Assembly: GCA_002269645.1 (NCBI GenBank)
Contig: NIVC01000920.1
Location: forward strand, 310,001 to 374,000
From: Macrostomum lignano
Taxonomy: Eukaryota
Direction: 5' to 3'
Length of the DNA stretch: 64,000 nt
Shown: positions 12,190 through 25,678 of the stretch, one piece after another
Layout of the letters: each line of letters starts with the position of its first letter
Position numbering within the stretch: position 1 is the stretch's first letter
The notes under the pieces: model-generated
Databases searched by the model: none
What the model saw: the letters and a program-made list of their open reading frames with translations, nothing else
Told to the model about the DNA's origin: nothing
Program-made: the position numbers and the translations under genes

Positions 12190-14300
12190 CACGCCCCTAG
12201 GCACAGCTCAGCGTTCTGGGACTCGCAGGTATAACTTGCGCAAGGCGCAGTAGACTCTCATGTGCAGGGTCTCTAGGTCGCCTGGGATATAGATCGAGGC
12301 AACGAGACACGTCCGTAGAGAGAGATGATTAGATTCGATGACACAGAGCTCTCCATCTGAGAGATCAGTCCTCAGCCAAGCCTGGAGATGGCTGGCAGCG
12401 AGGATAGCCGCTCTAGGGCGACTGTTCCCCGGGCCACACACATAAAAGTCAGAGTAGCCAGAAGGAATGTTGGGCAACTTACCATTGCGCATCCAGGGTT
12501 CCTGGATCAGGATGAGGCCTGGCCTGTACAGCCTGTACAGCCTGTTCATCAGATTTACTGCCGCAGATACGCAATGCTGTAAATTTATTTGCAGACAGAA
12601 TGTCGCTCCTTTGGCAGAGTGGAGCTTAGTCATACTGTATTAAATGCAATCGATGGCTAGAACTCCGGGCCATCAAGGAGACTTGGACAGCAAATCGTCC
12701 TCGTCCCAGGCCGTTGGGGCTTGACTGGGAGATGGGAGTTGGTCGACGTCCATGGCCTCCTCACCCCCCTGCCGGGGTTGGCAGTAGCCTTCCCTTTGGC
12801 AGACTTTACTCGGCGCATCTTGAGCTTGAGGGCATCCAACTGGAAAGAGGATCCGTTAGGGTACCGACTCGCCCAAGCGTTGGAAAGGCCGAGGACAATT
12901 GACTTGCCCGTCTCCCCCCTGCGGAAATTGCGGTGATACACCAGTCCTCTAGCAGGGAGGTCGGGATTCAAGCGCAGTAGGACCCGGCGAATAACGTCTG
13001 GTCCAGCTGCGGTGCTCTTTGCAGGGACAATTAAAAACCACGTAGGGTATTGTCTTTGGACGCTGGCCTTCGCGAAGAAAAAGGGCTCCGCCGAGGTCAG
13101 CATCCAAGGAGAACGTCGGCAGCCGCTGGAGCAGCTGCTGAGCGTCCTCCTCACTGCTACATGTAAAAGCAATAAGAACGAATGTGCTTTGCAGCACCAT
13201 CCGCTCAATGCCGATGGGGATTCCCTCCTCGACAGTCAGCTCAATCAGATAGGAGTCAATAGCACTCCACACTTTGAAGCTGATCAGTGGTCCAGTCCTG
13301 GTCGCGACCTTGGATGATCACTCCCGGGATTTTGGCCTTGGCCTTCGCCGCAAAGGTAGCTCCCGAAGGAACCTCCTTGTTGGCAGTGGCCATTTGTTGC
13401 GCCGTGGTTTCGGCCTCAGCAGCCGCAGCAGCATCTCCAGGGAGCGCCGCCGCTGAACTACTGGAGCTTCCACCGGCCGGCCCGTCTGGTTGCCTTGGGA
13501 CGCCAGTCGCTTCAGCATCCATTGGTGGACGCCGCCGCTTTGGCCCCCGCGGCTCCCTGCTTGGCCTGCCTTTGGGTACTTTGGTTTGGTGCCATTGGTG
13601 CCCAAAAGCTGGCAGGTCTTTGGGTACTTTGGTTTTTGTAGCTCTGGTCGGATCTGCCAGCAGAGCCAGCCTGTCCCCCCTTAGCCACAGTTGCATCAGT
13701 CGGTTGGGATCTGCCAGCAGGGCCGGCCGGTCCTTCGGACTGAGGTTGGGGTTTAGAAGGGTCCCCGTCCCTAGAAATAGTTTGTTTATCCATAGTCGGC
13801 TCGAAGGCCATGATAAAGGTTGGTGGGCTACCCTCAAAGGGGCGCGGTACCCACCCGGCCGCTCCACCTGACCGGGCAGTGGGCCAAATGAACCCTCAAG
13901 GCTGACCCGACACCAGGAGGGGGACCGCTTGCGACCGGACTACTCCCCGGCCTTCCAGCCCATCGGCACGGTCAAACACCTTAGGCATTAGAGGGTACGT
14001 TGAGCAGTACCACGGCCTGCGGACTGGCAAGCCAGACCCGCATACCCAAGTACGGCAAAAGCCACTGGATGGGTCCCCAGCGCCGGAGCCCAGTCTGTCC
14101 GGCAGCCCTAGGGTCTGCCTTGAACACTCGCAGGGACGAGTACCCCTGGGTCGGCTTGCGAGACAGCGTGGGGGGGGTCTGCGGCTGCCAGCGGCAAATA
14201 GAGGGTGCAGACCTCCCACCAGCCTTGACCTGCTGAAGATAGGGGCAGGCGTGGAGCATCGCAGACCTTAGCCCATGGGCCTGGTTGTCTCATACTGTCT
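12190..14300 (-). mobile_element. Degenerate LOA/R1-group non-LTR retrotransposon (5'UTR, disrupted ORF1, start of APE endonuclease)
   Basis: ORF 12208-12633 has CLQINLQHC...ILIQEPW...RPRAAIL...VASIYIP, typical of LOA-type APE; upstream ORF1 is split over 13256-13867, 12949-13272 and 12657-13208, resembling DUF4780-type ORF1. No RT domain present. Confidence 0.75.
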
Positions 14301-14499
14301 CATTCTGTCTCATAAAAGTCTAGGCTAAGCAAGATAATAAAGCAATGGCATAATGTACTGTAATGTATATTATCCATACACAATTCACAATACAGCATAG
14401 GAGGCCTGGCTAAAGTGCAACATAGGGCCCAGCTAAGCTCTATTCATAGTGCATATTGTCTTTTCAGATGCAGTAACAAGAATAGTTAGGCTACTAATA

Positions 14500-14636
14500 G
14501 GCTCTTCACGAAGATTGGTTCCAGAACCAGAATCGGTAGGAAAGTGAAAAGTTCTGCTACCGATTCTGAAAACGGAACAGACAATATGAAAAGCTTCGAA
14601 CCGATTCTGGTTTTGGAATCGGTAATATGAAAAGCC
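14500..14636. mobile_element. Small MITE
   Basis: Terminal inverted GGCTCTTCA / TGAAAAGCC flanked by TA; internal inverted AATCGG / CCGATT subterminal motifs. Confidence 0.5.
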
Positions 14637-16929
14637 TATTTGAGATTTGCTTCTATCTACCCTCTACCTTTGATAAAAAACTAAAATGTTCCGCCACGTG
14701 TTACGAACAAGTTAAATACTTTGAATCGTGCACTCTAGAAAGGTCAAGAATGTGACATTATACTCAAATAAAATGTTTGCATATAATTTTCTTGCATTAT
14801 TCAAATTTTCAAAATTATTCTGTTATTTATTTCTTTCTACATTTATTAGTCAATTTTACGTCACTTCACATCCATGCCCAAAGCTTATACATTTGATGGT
14901 TTTGGCTTTATTAAACAGGACTGCTTTGAAAGCGATTCACACAACAAAAAATTGTGAAAATATAAAGTAGCGCAAGAGCCCTCCCCTGGCTGAGGTGCTA
15001 AGCGATTCTTAATTAGCCCTCAATCTGTCAACTGAATGGAACTGAACTGCATGTAAGCGGGAGGTACATGCGCTGTATAAGCTCTCAAAAAACGAACTTG
15101 GATACTATCGGTAAAATATATGGCCTCAACTATCGTTAAATCGTAAAAAAACGGATTCGCCATTAAGTTGTAACAATTGCAATTGAAATTGTAATCAATT
15201 GAAAAAGTGTGTAATTTTTGTTTACAAATTTTACAATTTACAATTTTCTTGCAATATATCGATTTTTATCGCGATCCACTCATCCTGGTGCTTTAGGGGA
15301 GAAACGCCGCGACTACCCTTTATGACTCCCCCCAGTGCAGCTCACGCGTTTTACAACGTTTGCCGTTACAGCCTGTTTATTGAAAATTCCTTTGACAAAA
15401 GCAAAAGCAAAGCAAGATTGGCTTTCTTTGCAAAAAAATTTAGCTAGCCAAAAGAAGAAATCATGAATGTTCGCTCATTTTTCGAAGAGCATGGCGGCAA
15501 TTGTCTTTGAACGTTGGCGCGAAAGCCGCTAACACTATAAAAAATACAACATCCGGCTGCTGAGATTAAAATTGTTGGCCTTGTCTTGCAGAGCTTAGGC
15601 AAATGCAGAATCTGCGCGTTTTATTTTAATCATAAATTGGATACCAGTCAGATTTTTACGTGTGGTGGCAGATTTCAGAGTTTAGTACAAAAAATCGCCA
15701 AGAAGAAATACACGCATGCAACTGACTTTGGGCAGAAGCAACCTTCGACTGTAAATTTGAATTTAGATTTTTACTCAACATAACGATCGTGGCAAACGAT
15801 CTATCCAGGCCCTCGGGTCTTTTGAAGCTTCACAATACATGTAGCAATCCGACCCGCTTAAGGTTTGTGTCTCTTCTCAGCTCTCTTCTATCTAATCTCT
15901 TCTCTTCTCAAGCACTGTCCTGCCCTCTCTCTTCTCATTTATTCATTCGCCTCTCCCTTCTCCAGCTATTTCTCTTCTCTCAATTCTCTTCCCTGTCCTT
16001 TCGATCTAATCTAATACAATTAGATAATACATTAGATGTAATCTAATACATCTAAATGTAATACAAAGACGAAATTATAGTGCACTTTGTACTTGCAGAT
16101 TTTCGCACTTTAACTAATGACCATTTTGTTAAACCAAACTGACAATGCATGCTTTTCACTAACGATCCGCGCCTGTCAACGTGTTAAGCTGTTCAATACG
16201 ATTCATTCAGCCAGCCGAGCTGCCCATGTAGCTGTTTAGTTTACAACACACCGAAATGACTGCATTCGCAGCTGGAAGAAGTTCCAGCGCATCCCAAGAT
16301 TTACAGCCGTCGTCTGTTGCAGAGCAAAAAGAAACAGTACTTGCCGCACTCGATCGTTGCAGCAATTGCAAAGACAGATCGTTTTTCGGCTTGTGTGTGA
16401 GGATTTTGCGGTGCATTTGTTACATAGGGAAGTTGTTTCAGAAAATGCAAAGCTGCATAGAGTACAATTGAAAGGCCTGGCACTAGGTCCAGCTTGTTGG
16501 GGACAATACAGCTTGGAGATGAATCGATGGGGACCGAAGCTGCAGAGGAGGGGGTCAGTGGAAAATGCCAGGGCAGAAGTATGCCACGTTGCTACAACTT
16601 TCCTGTTTGAAAAAAAGTGTCAGCCAAGGTTTTGTTTAAGTTTAAGAGACGGAAACCATTTCAGCGCTTGTTCCAAAAACAGACCAATGGTGGCTTCGAA
16701 ACTTCACCGCAAACACACACAGAGGAGTAAAACAGTAAATGACAAGTGGCTGGGATGATAGACAAACATGATGTTGATGTACCATTGGTTTCTTCACACA
16801 CAGTAGTGCACAAAAGGTTCATGAAAGTTTGACACCTTCGAATCTTGACCAGCTTGGTGACTTATCGGGGGGGGGGGGTAAATATAAATCATCATCGGCA
16901 ATAAAATGCTGCCACAAATGTTAAAAACG

Positions 16930-17210
16930 CCGGGTGCGCGCCTGTCTATCCGCCTATAGGATGCCTGCAGCGTCAGCTGGAGTCGCCGACGGCGCAACAT
17001 GTCGCTTGGACAGACCGGTGTTCCACGTTGGGATCTCGCTCGTAGCCGATCTTGAAGGCCAGCGCACCAACCTGTGGTTCAAGCGAGTTTTTTTATCATC
17101 CAAGTCTCGGCGTTGTACAGCAGAACGGTCTCGGCTACCACTTGAAACAACGCCGCCTCGGGCCTCAAACGAATGAAAGGCAGTCCAAGCAAGTCCACGT
17201 CAACGCCGCG
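16930..17210 (-). mobile_element. RTE-clade LINE 3' fragment
   Basis: ALFQVVAETVLLYNAETWMIKK resembles the RTE post-RT motif (LLYGxETW); similar to the 43070-43975 copy. Confidence 0.6.
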
Positions 17211-18501
17211 CATCCTTGCAGAAGTCAGGAACCAGAAGGTGAATGCTCGTAATACAGGCAGAAGTGTGCAGTCGGATAACAGGGCAAATCGGAATATACT
17301 CAGCAACAGTCAAAAGTTCCACCCTCCAAATTGCGAAAACTTCACACTCACAATTCAACCCTCAAGTTACGCAACTAAGCCGCCGCGAGGAAGGGAAGGT
17401 TGATTGACTATAAATACTCGTAGTAAAATCATAAATTTTTTATGCAATATTCAGTTAGAATCGTGATGCGTGTCGGATCTCCCCTCGCACGCAGAAGTGC
17501 GACGACTCTGCGGGGCATCCCAATGATGAGGCGGCGCAGAAAGTCCTGGGGAAGCCGCTCCGAAGAGTTTTCAATGGCATGACGCAGAGCTCTTCGCAAC
17601 ATTCTATGGTGGATTCTCTTTTCGAATGCTACGTTTTAGGAAGTCCCAGACATGCTCGATGGGATTCATGTCTGGGGACCGGGAAGGCCAGCGCAGAGTG
17701 CGCAGCTATAGCTGTTCCTTCAGTTGACTAACAGCATCGGCTTGGTGTGGCGGGGCGTTGTTCCTGGGCTTGGGTCTGCCTAATGTCCAGGCCTGGACCA
17801 TTAAGCAGACCCAAGCCACCCCCAAGCGGCAATAAGCTTTGCACGTGCCGTAGGTTGCGTTCCTCGCAATAAGTGAAAAAATCATCTCGCTTAGTGGGGT
17901 GGAACTTTTGACTGTTGCTGAGTATAGGTTTATGGAAAATTTTGCAAACTTTCCAGGCCCCGACTGTAGAAAATCAACAAGTTAACAAGAAAACGCAGTT
18001 CTGCGGTGCAAGTGCACACAAATGCAGCTCGCATTTCCAGACAGAAAAAGCAAATGGCCTCATTAAAACAACCTTTTTCGTTGTTCAAGAACGTGCTCCG
18101 AATCCTTGAAAATTCATTCTGCTGGGAGGCATGCAAACACTCGTTAAGTAATTTGTGAACTGATGGGTTAAGAGCGCGCAAGTATTGGTTGCGTGAAGCG
18201 AGACCAGGCACACCGTGGCGTCGTCAACAAGTGTTAGCTTTAATCCGACTCTCTCCTCACCAGCCTAAGTTAGGGGCGTTGTGACGCAAATTGCATCGCC
18301 CACAGTTGAGATGGGCGTGGTGTAAATTGCGTCACTTTGGTCTGAGCTCTGAGAAAAGTTGACTACTGCATGGTTTCGGGTGGAAACTTGAACATTCTGC
18401 TGAGCGTGTAGTATCATCTTGCGGCCAACAATAGTGACTGTAGGCAGTGGCGTAGCTAGGAATTTCAATTGGGGGGGGGGCGGGTTGGCTTGGCTGGCCA
18501 T

Positions 18502-18862
18502 GCTCATTTTGGCGCCGTAGGCACTCATTTTGGCGCCACAGGCACTCATTTTAGCGCCACAGGCACTCATTTTGGCGCCGCAGGCACTCATTTTGGCGCT
18601 GCAGGCACTCATTTTGGCGCCGCAGGCACTCATTTTGGCGCCGCAGGCACTCATTTTGGCGCCGCAGGCACTCATTTTGGCGCCGCAGGCACTCATTTTG
18701 GCGCCGCAGGCACTCATTTTGGCGCCGCAGGCACTCATTTTGGCGCCGCAGGCACTCATTTTGGCGCCGCAGGCACTCATTTTGGCGCCGCAGGCACTCA
18801 TTTCGGCGCCGCAGGCACTCATTTTGGCGCCGCAGGCACTCATTTTGGCGCCGCAGGCACTC
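18502..18862. repeat. 21-bp tandem repeat (GCCGCAGGCACTCATTTTGGC) x ~17
   Basis: Directly visible, nearly identical units. Confidence 0.97.
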
Positions 18863-19534
18863 AATTGCCTCATGGTTTTTGGTACCCGCTGCGCCCAATC
18901 CCACCCCCCCAGGCGATGTATTTTATTGCTCCATAAATGTTGAAATGTCCCCAGAATTTTTTGTAAGAAACAGAAATGCATGCCACACACAAGTAACTTG
19001 CACAACGGTAAAGTTGGCAGTAGTCCAGAAGCAAAACATTCCAGAACCCACTTATCCTGGGACACAATTTATCAACTACAGCCTAACTGAAGCTGATGGT
19101 CGCTGAACTGCTTTAACACTACACGATCCCTTACAATGAATGCCTCTCGCTGCATCATGAATGACAATCGATATAGATATAGATAGACATACCGTCAGCG
19201 GGGTCAGTAAACTATCTAAAACTACTGCATGATTTCTACGTTCTGATCTTCTGCCAGCGATAAGCGGAACCTCTTTACCATCCTTTCAAATGCTGCAGAT
19301 TAGATCCAGGTGTGCGCACTGCATATTGTTAAAGAAAAGTACGGAAAAACAATATACATAAACTGCAGTGTTATACGAAGACTAGTGGCTTCTTCGTAAA
19401 AGGCCATAGTTTCAGTGGAACGACATTTTTTACTTCCTTGCGATTCATACAGAGACACGAAAATTCCAATAGAAACCCACAAATCAAGCCTGAGCATCAT
19501 CAGTGATATTTTAGTTCCGCAGTTCCAGTCATTC

Positions 19535-19973
<439 letters not shown>

Positions 19974-20884
19974 AACATATATAAATGCCATGCTATCGAA
20001 ATGAAATGAACCACTTCTCATGTACTTCCTAACACCTTAAATACAGGGCTTGCGGATGCCGCCAGAGCCCGCATGCACCCACCGGTCTAGTCCCATTTTC
20101 ACGCTTGTCCGCAGCGGAATTCTGCACGCCTTTTTGCCGTTCCAGATTTCTTTGCGAGTCCCTCCCATTCTTTGAGCTTGCCGCCAGCTGGCCAGAGCCC
20201 AGGCAGTTCTGGGGGAGAAGGAGGAGAAGCAAGTGGGAGGAGAGCCACGTCTAGTGCTGGGCGAAAAAATTGGGAAAAATTGACGGTATCGTCTACTCTC
20301 CCAGGTCTTTTTCGCGTCATTCTAAGACTCGCCCGCTATTCTAAGAAATCGGATCCCGACTCTCGGCTGTTGGAACAGCGCTGGACCTTCTCTCAGACGG
20401 GTTACGGGACCGCGGCCAGGGCGTCTCCTTCTCGCGGTCTCTTCTCTCGCATCCGACTCACACTCTGACTCTCCCCAACAGAGCCGCGCCTATGTAGCGG
20501 AAATCTTTAGCTACCTCAGACGACGTCAAATGTAAGAACTGAGAGGAATGAGGAAAGCACTGCCTGCCTATTCTGGTTGGCTCTCGATCGCTCTCCCAGC
20601 CATCGAATCCGACAGGCAGCCACCTCCGCAATGGGCTCTGAGGTCTGCCGGTCATTGGGCCGCGCGGGTTTCTCTTCTGCAATCGCTTTTTGCCTTCTCG
20701 ATTCTCCCCAGAGACGAGGAGAAATAGGAAAGGGGGATGAAAACATGGGGAAAAAGAAAGCACAGGGATTTAAAGAAAAATAGAAGAAAATATCAGGAGC
20801 ATCAGCTGAAAGACGCCGCTTAGATAGACTACTAGGACGCTCTTGCTGAATTCCCTGGCAAACCTCTGACTGCAACTAGTAGCG

Positions 20885-21977
20885 ATGTCGTCAACCAGCT
20901 ACTGCCTGCCGAAAGCCCTCAGTGTGATTGGGAACGTCACCGCGAATGGCACCGGCAGCTCTGCCGACGATGCCTTATCCGTGTACGAGGTGGTCTTCTA
21001 CGCTTTGCTTGCCACCGCGGCCAGCGCCGTGACGGCGTTCGGCAATCTGCTGGTTCTGGTGTCTTTCCGCATCGACCGGCAGCTGCAGACGGTCAGCAAC
21101 TATTACTTGATGTCTCTTGCGGTAGCCGATCTCCTCATAGGCTTTGTGTCGATGCCTATCTATACTGTCTACCTGTTGGTCACTTACTGGCCATTTGACA
21201 TTATAGTGTGCAACCTGTACCTCTGCTTTGACTACACAATGTGTAACGCGTCTGTAGCCAGCCTCCTTATTATCTCCATTGACCGATACCGCTCGGTGAC
21301 GAGTCCCCTTATCTACAGGAGCCAGCGAACTCCTAAACGCGCCCTGATAATGATCACCTGTGCATGGGTTGTCTCCATCATCCTATGGAGCCCGCTAATC
21401 ATCTTATCCTCGGCCACTAAAGAGGACAAAGTTGCCACAGTCTGCCAGGTGGAGTTCATCAACGATAATCCCTACCTGACATTTTTCACGTCGATAATGG
21501 CATTTTTTCTTCCTGTAACCGTCATGACGATTTTGTATGTCCGCATCTTTCGCGAGACGAAAAAGCGCCAACGCGAGCTGCAGAGTCTTCAAGCCGGATG
21601 CGGCGGTGGCGGCGGAGGAGGATCCACAGCAGCGGCATCATCGTCGAACGACGAATCTCGCACGCGTCACCAAAATCGACGTCGTCGCTTTGACGGCAGA
21701 TCCTTACTGCGACGCTGCGTCCGCGGTTTAGTTGACAGCGACGACGACGGGGGCAGCGGTGACAACAACAACGACGGAGACAGCGGCGGCGGCGTCGGCG
21801 GCGGAGCAGCCGTAACCGAGGAGGAAGCCGACTGCTGGGAGACTGTGCGCGAGGACCGGCCGGTGTTCACGCAACATTTCCCCAGGTCGACGTCGTATTT
21901 TCGAGTCAACTACCAGGCGGGCAGGCGAGGCAGACCGGCTGAATCTTCGCTGACGTCGCTGCCTGGAAATTCAACCT
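20885..21977 (+). CDS. Muscarinic acetylcholine receptor, exon 1 (TM1-TM5 and start of ICL3)
   Basis: GNLLVLVSF, NYYLMSLAVADLLIG, CFDY, CNASVASLLIISIDRY, AFFLPVTVM are muscarinic class A GPCR motifs; GTGAGT donor at 21978, phase 1. Confidence 0.92.
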
Positions 21978-22360
21978 GTGAGTAGGAGGCTTCACAGAAA
22001 GTGCGATGCAATTTTAAACGGTGCAATCAATTTCTGCTCAAAACGAGATTTTGGCAGAGTTATCTATTTTACTAGGTGGAGTATTCAAAAGACCGTAAGC
22101 TCTGCAGAGCGTGCACTTTCTGTACGCAGTAATAATTGATATCCGAGAAGATTCGAACATATTCTTGGGTAGCGGCTTGGAAATCCGCCAGCTAATTCTT
22201 TCATTGTCTATTAAATCAATGGTGGTGATTTGAGAACCAGGCTCCGGCGGGTAATGCAAATGTATCAAATCATTCGCATTCAATCGTCATAATGTGCGAG
22301 CATTAAGTAGAAAGACTCAGAGACTTGTCATTCCAATATCCCTCCAATCCCATTCGACAG

Positions 22361-22520
22361 ATCCCGACATTGATGACAGAATCGAGGAGGTTGACGAACA
22401 GCAGGAGTGCCTGACGTATGTAGTTTGGATTCGCCTCCCGGATGCCAGCGGTCAGACGAGGATTCAATTGAGGTCAAAGCGAACAGCAGCTTCAAGTTCT
22501 GAGCAGCAACTGTCAACGAG
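22361..22520 (+). CDS. Muscarinic receptor, exon 2 (ICL3)
   Basis: Pyrimidine-rich CAG acceptor, open frame with TYVVWIRLP, phases 1 and 2 bridge exons 1 and 3; donor GTTACT is weak. Confidence 0.6.
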
Positions 22521-22622
22521 GTTACTATTTTTTTTAAAAATCTGCTAACTGTCTAATTTTCCGCTCAATTTACGATTTTTAGGTAATAAAAATTTCACGA
22601 CCAATCATGACCAAATTTCTAG

Positions 22623-23188
22623 ATGTATCATGGGACAGGAAGCGACAGGCAATATTCATTCGCGAGGACAGCAGCAACAGACGCCTCAACAGCAACAGCA
22701 GCAACAGGTGGCGATTGTAGTTGCTAACGCCTCCGCGTCATCTGCCGACGCCTCTGCCGCAACCGGTGCAGCCGCCGCCGACGCCGACGCCGTGAGCCGA
22801 TTTGACAGCGCAAAGTCGAACGCCACGGCTGACAGCGGCATCGACAGCATCGGCGGCGGCGGCGACGGGCCGGCAGGTCTGCACCGGGTCGGCTCCCCAC
22901 CGAAGCAGCCGGCTCCAACGTCTCGTCGACCGTCGCACGCCCAGCAGCAGCAGCAGACGCAGAAGCCGCAAGCAAACAGCGGGCCGAAGACCAGCAGCAG
23001 CTCCAACAGCAGCAAAAAGGAGACAAAAAACGAACAGAAGGCAGCCAAGACGCTGAGCGCTATTCTACTCGTGTTCATAGTCACCTGGATACCGTACAAC
23101 GTGTTCACGCTGATCAGAGCGGTGTACAGGGCACACTGTCCGGACGAGTACTTTCGGCCGCTGATCCCTGACACACTGTACAATTTTG
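22623..23188 (+). CDS. Muscarinic receptor, exon 3 (end of ICL3, TM6)
   Basis: KKETKNEQKAAKTLSAILLVFIVTWIPYNV; GTGAG donor at 23189. An alternative acceptor at 22583 is possible if exon 2 is skipped. Confidence 0.85.
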
Positions 23189-23976
23189 GTGAGAGATTTT
23201 ACAGAGCATAGTAAACGTTTATTTATCACTCGTTCTTAGACGGCGAGACTCATTACCATAGCTGTCAATGAATTCGTGAAGATAGGATGGGATGAGACGT
23301 AAAATCGTCGTTAAAAGAAAATAGAAACGTCATAAGTTACTTTACTACCGTGTGCAGAACCTGCGATACGGGGCTGAAAGAAGAATTTATTTTTTTGAAC
23401 CATATCGGGTTTTGTTTATGTTTCTCACGCAGGATCGTAGTATCGACAAGTACATTCGATGAAGCGTCCTTGATGAATAATTTGTACTCAAGTACCATCA
23501 GAAAACAAAATGGTTCCGAGAATGCGTGATACGCAAATATCTTCGTGATTTACTAATTTCGAATTAAAATGCGGAAGAATCCTCACAACTAAGATGCAGT
23601 TGAGCATTCTCTGCAAGCTCTGAGAAAATGAAAAAGAATTCCTGGCAGTTCAGTAGAGAAAAAAGAATCGAAAGCTGCACCTGCGACCAGTCTCACGACG
23701 CCTCATCGCTCCGAACTTGCCAGCACCCTCACTCGCTCTCTCCTCCTACGTGATTGCAGTTCGGATAAAGGAAAAAACTCAAAATAAAATTGTATCCGTT
23801 TTAAGCAGTAAAAGAAGGACAAAGTCCTTGGAGATTGTCGATCTGGCCGGAATGCAAGTAGAGAAAACTCGGACATTTTCACGCTTGAATGCCCTGACCG
23901 AGAAAGCTGACAGAGTCAGGGCCGAACCGATCCCATAGTTGACATTCTTCGAAGTGCCACTTCGCGTCTCTTCGAA

Positions 23977-23977
<1 letters not shown>

Positions 23978-24023
<46 letters not shown>

Positions 24024-24027
24024 CACT

Positions 24028-24061
<34 letters not shown>

Positions 24062-24062
24062 T

Positions 24063-24103
<41 letters not shown>

Positions 24104-24105
24104 GA
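23978..24105. repeat. (GA)n microsatellite
   Basis: Directly visible. Confidence 0.95.
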
Positions 24106-25472
24106 CGCTTTCAATTTCCGTCTGTCCTGCGGTCGCCTCCGGGCGTAGTCGAGCTCGTCTCGGGACGCGCTGTTGCGTGAAGAATGAGAAACGCCATCAT
24201 TCTCTTCGCCTTTTCCCTGTCAGTTTCGAAACACTTGCTTCGGCATGTGCTGCTTTTTTGTACGATGTTTTTCCATTCTAGAAAGTCAGCTTAACTGCTT
24301 TCATGAGCTTTCTTAGTTCGCCTTCCAATCCTCTGGTATAGCAGCAGACACGGCAGCAGAACTTTCTCTGCAAAACGAGAGAGCAGAACTCAGGAAACTT
24401 CTTGTCGCCTCCCACGGTCTTACCGTTTCCTGTCTTCGCCTGTCTCTCGGCTTCCGTTCTGAGGGCGCGCGGTTTTTTTGTTTCAGTGTTGCTATTGACT
24501 TTGTGGGAGGGGGAGTTTGAGGAATTCTGGGACGATGAGGCGTCAATCTTGACTGACGAAGGCAAACAGCGTCTCCAGTTATTGATCTATTGATAGGATT
24601 TTTCTACAGGAAGCTGCGAGCCAAGAAGCGAAGCTATTTTTAACGTCTAAACGTCCTTGGAGCTAAAAAAACGGCAGGTGCCGAATAACTTTGGAAGCAT
24701 CTCAGACATGAAATTCCAGCTTCTTCGGCTGGTTGGCAGTCCGAGAGGGCGCCAGCTCAGACAAGGAGGTTGTTGGAAGCCTCCTGCTGCATCAACTGAG
24801 GACAGCTGAAGGAGCGCCCAGCGCCAGGAGCCGGAGACGGCAGCAATATACGCTTTCCCAGGAGAGTGGGGCATGCGCCGGCTTCAAATTTTCTTTTATA
24901 AGACGGGACCATTCCTAACCGATCTCATGATCCAAGCCTATATGAGATTTCTGGCTAGAGAAAAAAAACTCACCACTGCCTGCCTTTCAGAAGTGGCTCA
25001 AAGACTGCTTGACAGGCACTCCATGCGCGGGAAGTGCACAGAGTCCTGTACCTGGGACACAAAATTTTTGGTCTTTCTCTTTTTTCCTTCGTTTTTTGTC
25101 CCTAAACTTAGCCCCCCCCCGTCAGCGGTGCTGCAGGGAAACCAACCGCAGCCGTGCTAGTCCACACCCCGTGTTGCCATTTTGCTCCAGGGCCAACCTT
25201 TTTCACTCCCCCAGCCACCGCAGGCCGTTAATTTTTCACTGCCTCCCTAATTCTGCCTGGGTGACCCTCATTCCAGCTGCAGTCCGCAGCCCTCTGTGTG
25301 CGTGTTCGAATTCCTTCATGGCCAAGAACTATTTGCAGCTCCTCATTTACTTTTTGCACCTATTGGCTACCCTACAATGTCCCCTGGGCTAGTAGAAAGT
25401 CCAGGTTTGGTTTTTGTGAAAAACTTCGTCACAAATCTTACGCGTTCGCTTTCCTTCCACGCGACTTTCCAG

Positions 25473-25678
25473 GCTACTGGCTGTGCTACCTGAACTCGAC
25501 CATGAATCCAGTCTGTTACGCTCTTTGCAACGCTAATTTTCGTCGGACATTCTGGAAAATTCTCACCTGCAAGAGTCGGAAGCGACGCACACTGCGCCAT
25601 CTTGGCCAAGGTTTGTACAGCCATACGCGCGTTGTGCACGCGGTGGCACCGACTGCGGGCACGCGTCAGCCACGCTGA
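25473..25678 (+). CDS. Muscarinic receptor, exon 4 (TM7, C-tail); total CDS 2025 nt, ~674 aa
   Basis: [27 protein letters not shown]; phase-1 acceptor TTTCCAG. Confidence 0.92.

Noticed and set aside
15000-16900. Possible transposase or gene remnants
   Set aside because: Short ORFs with no recognisable motif, and no TIR pair could be confirmed.
18502-18862. CRISPR-like array
   Set aside because: Head-to-tail identical units without spacers, eukaryotic context, no cas genes.
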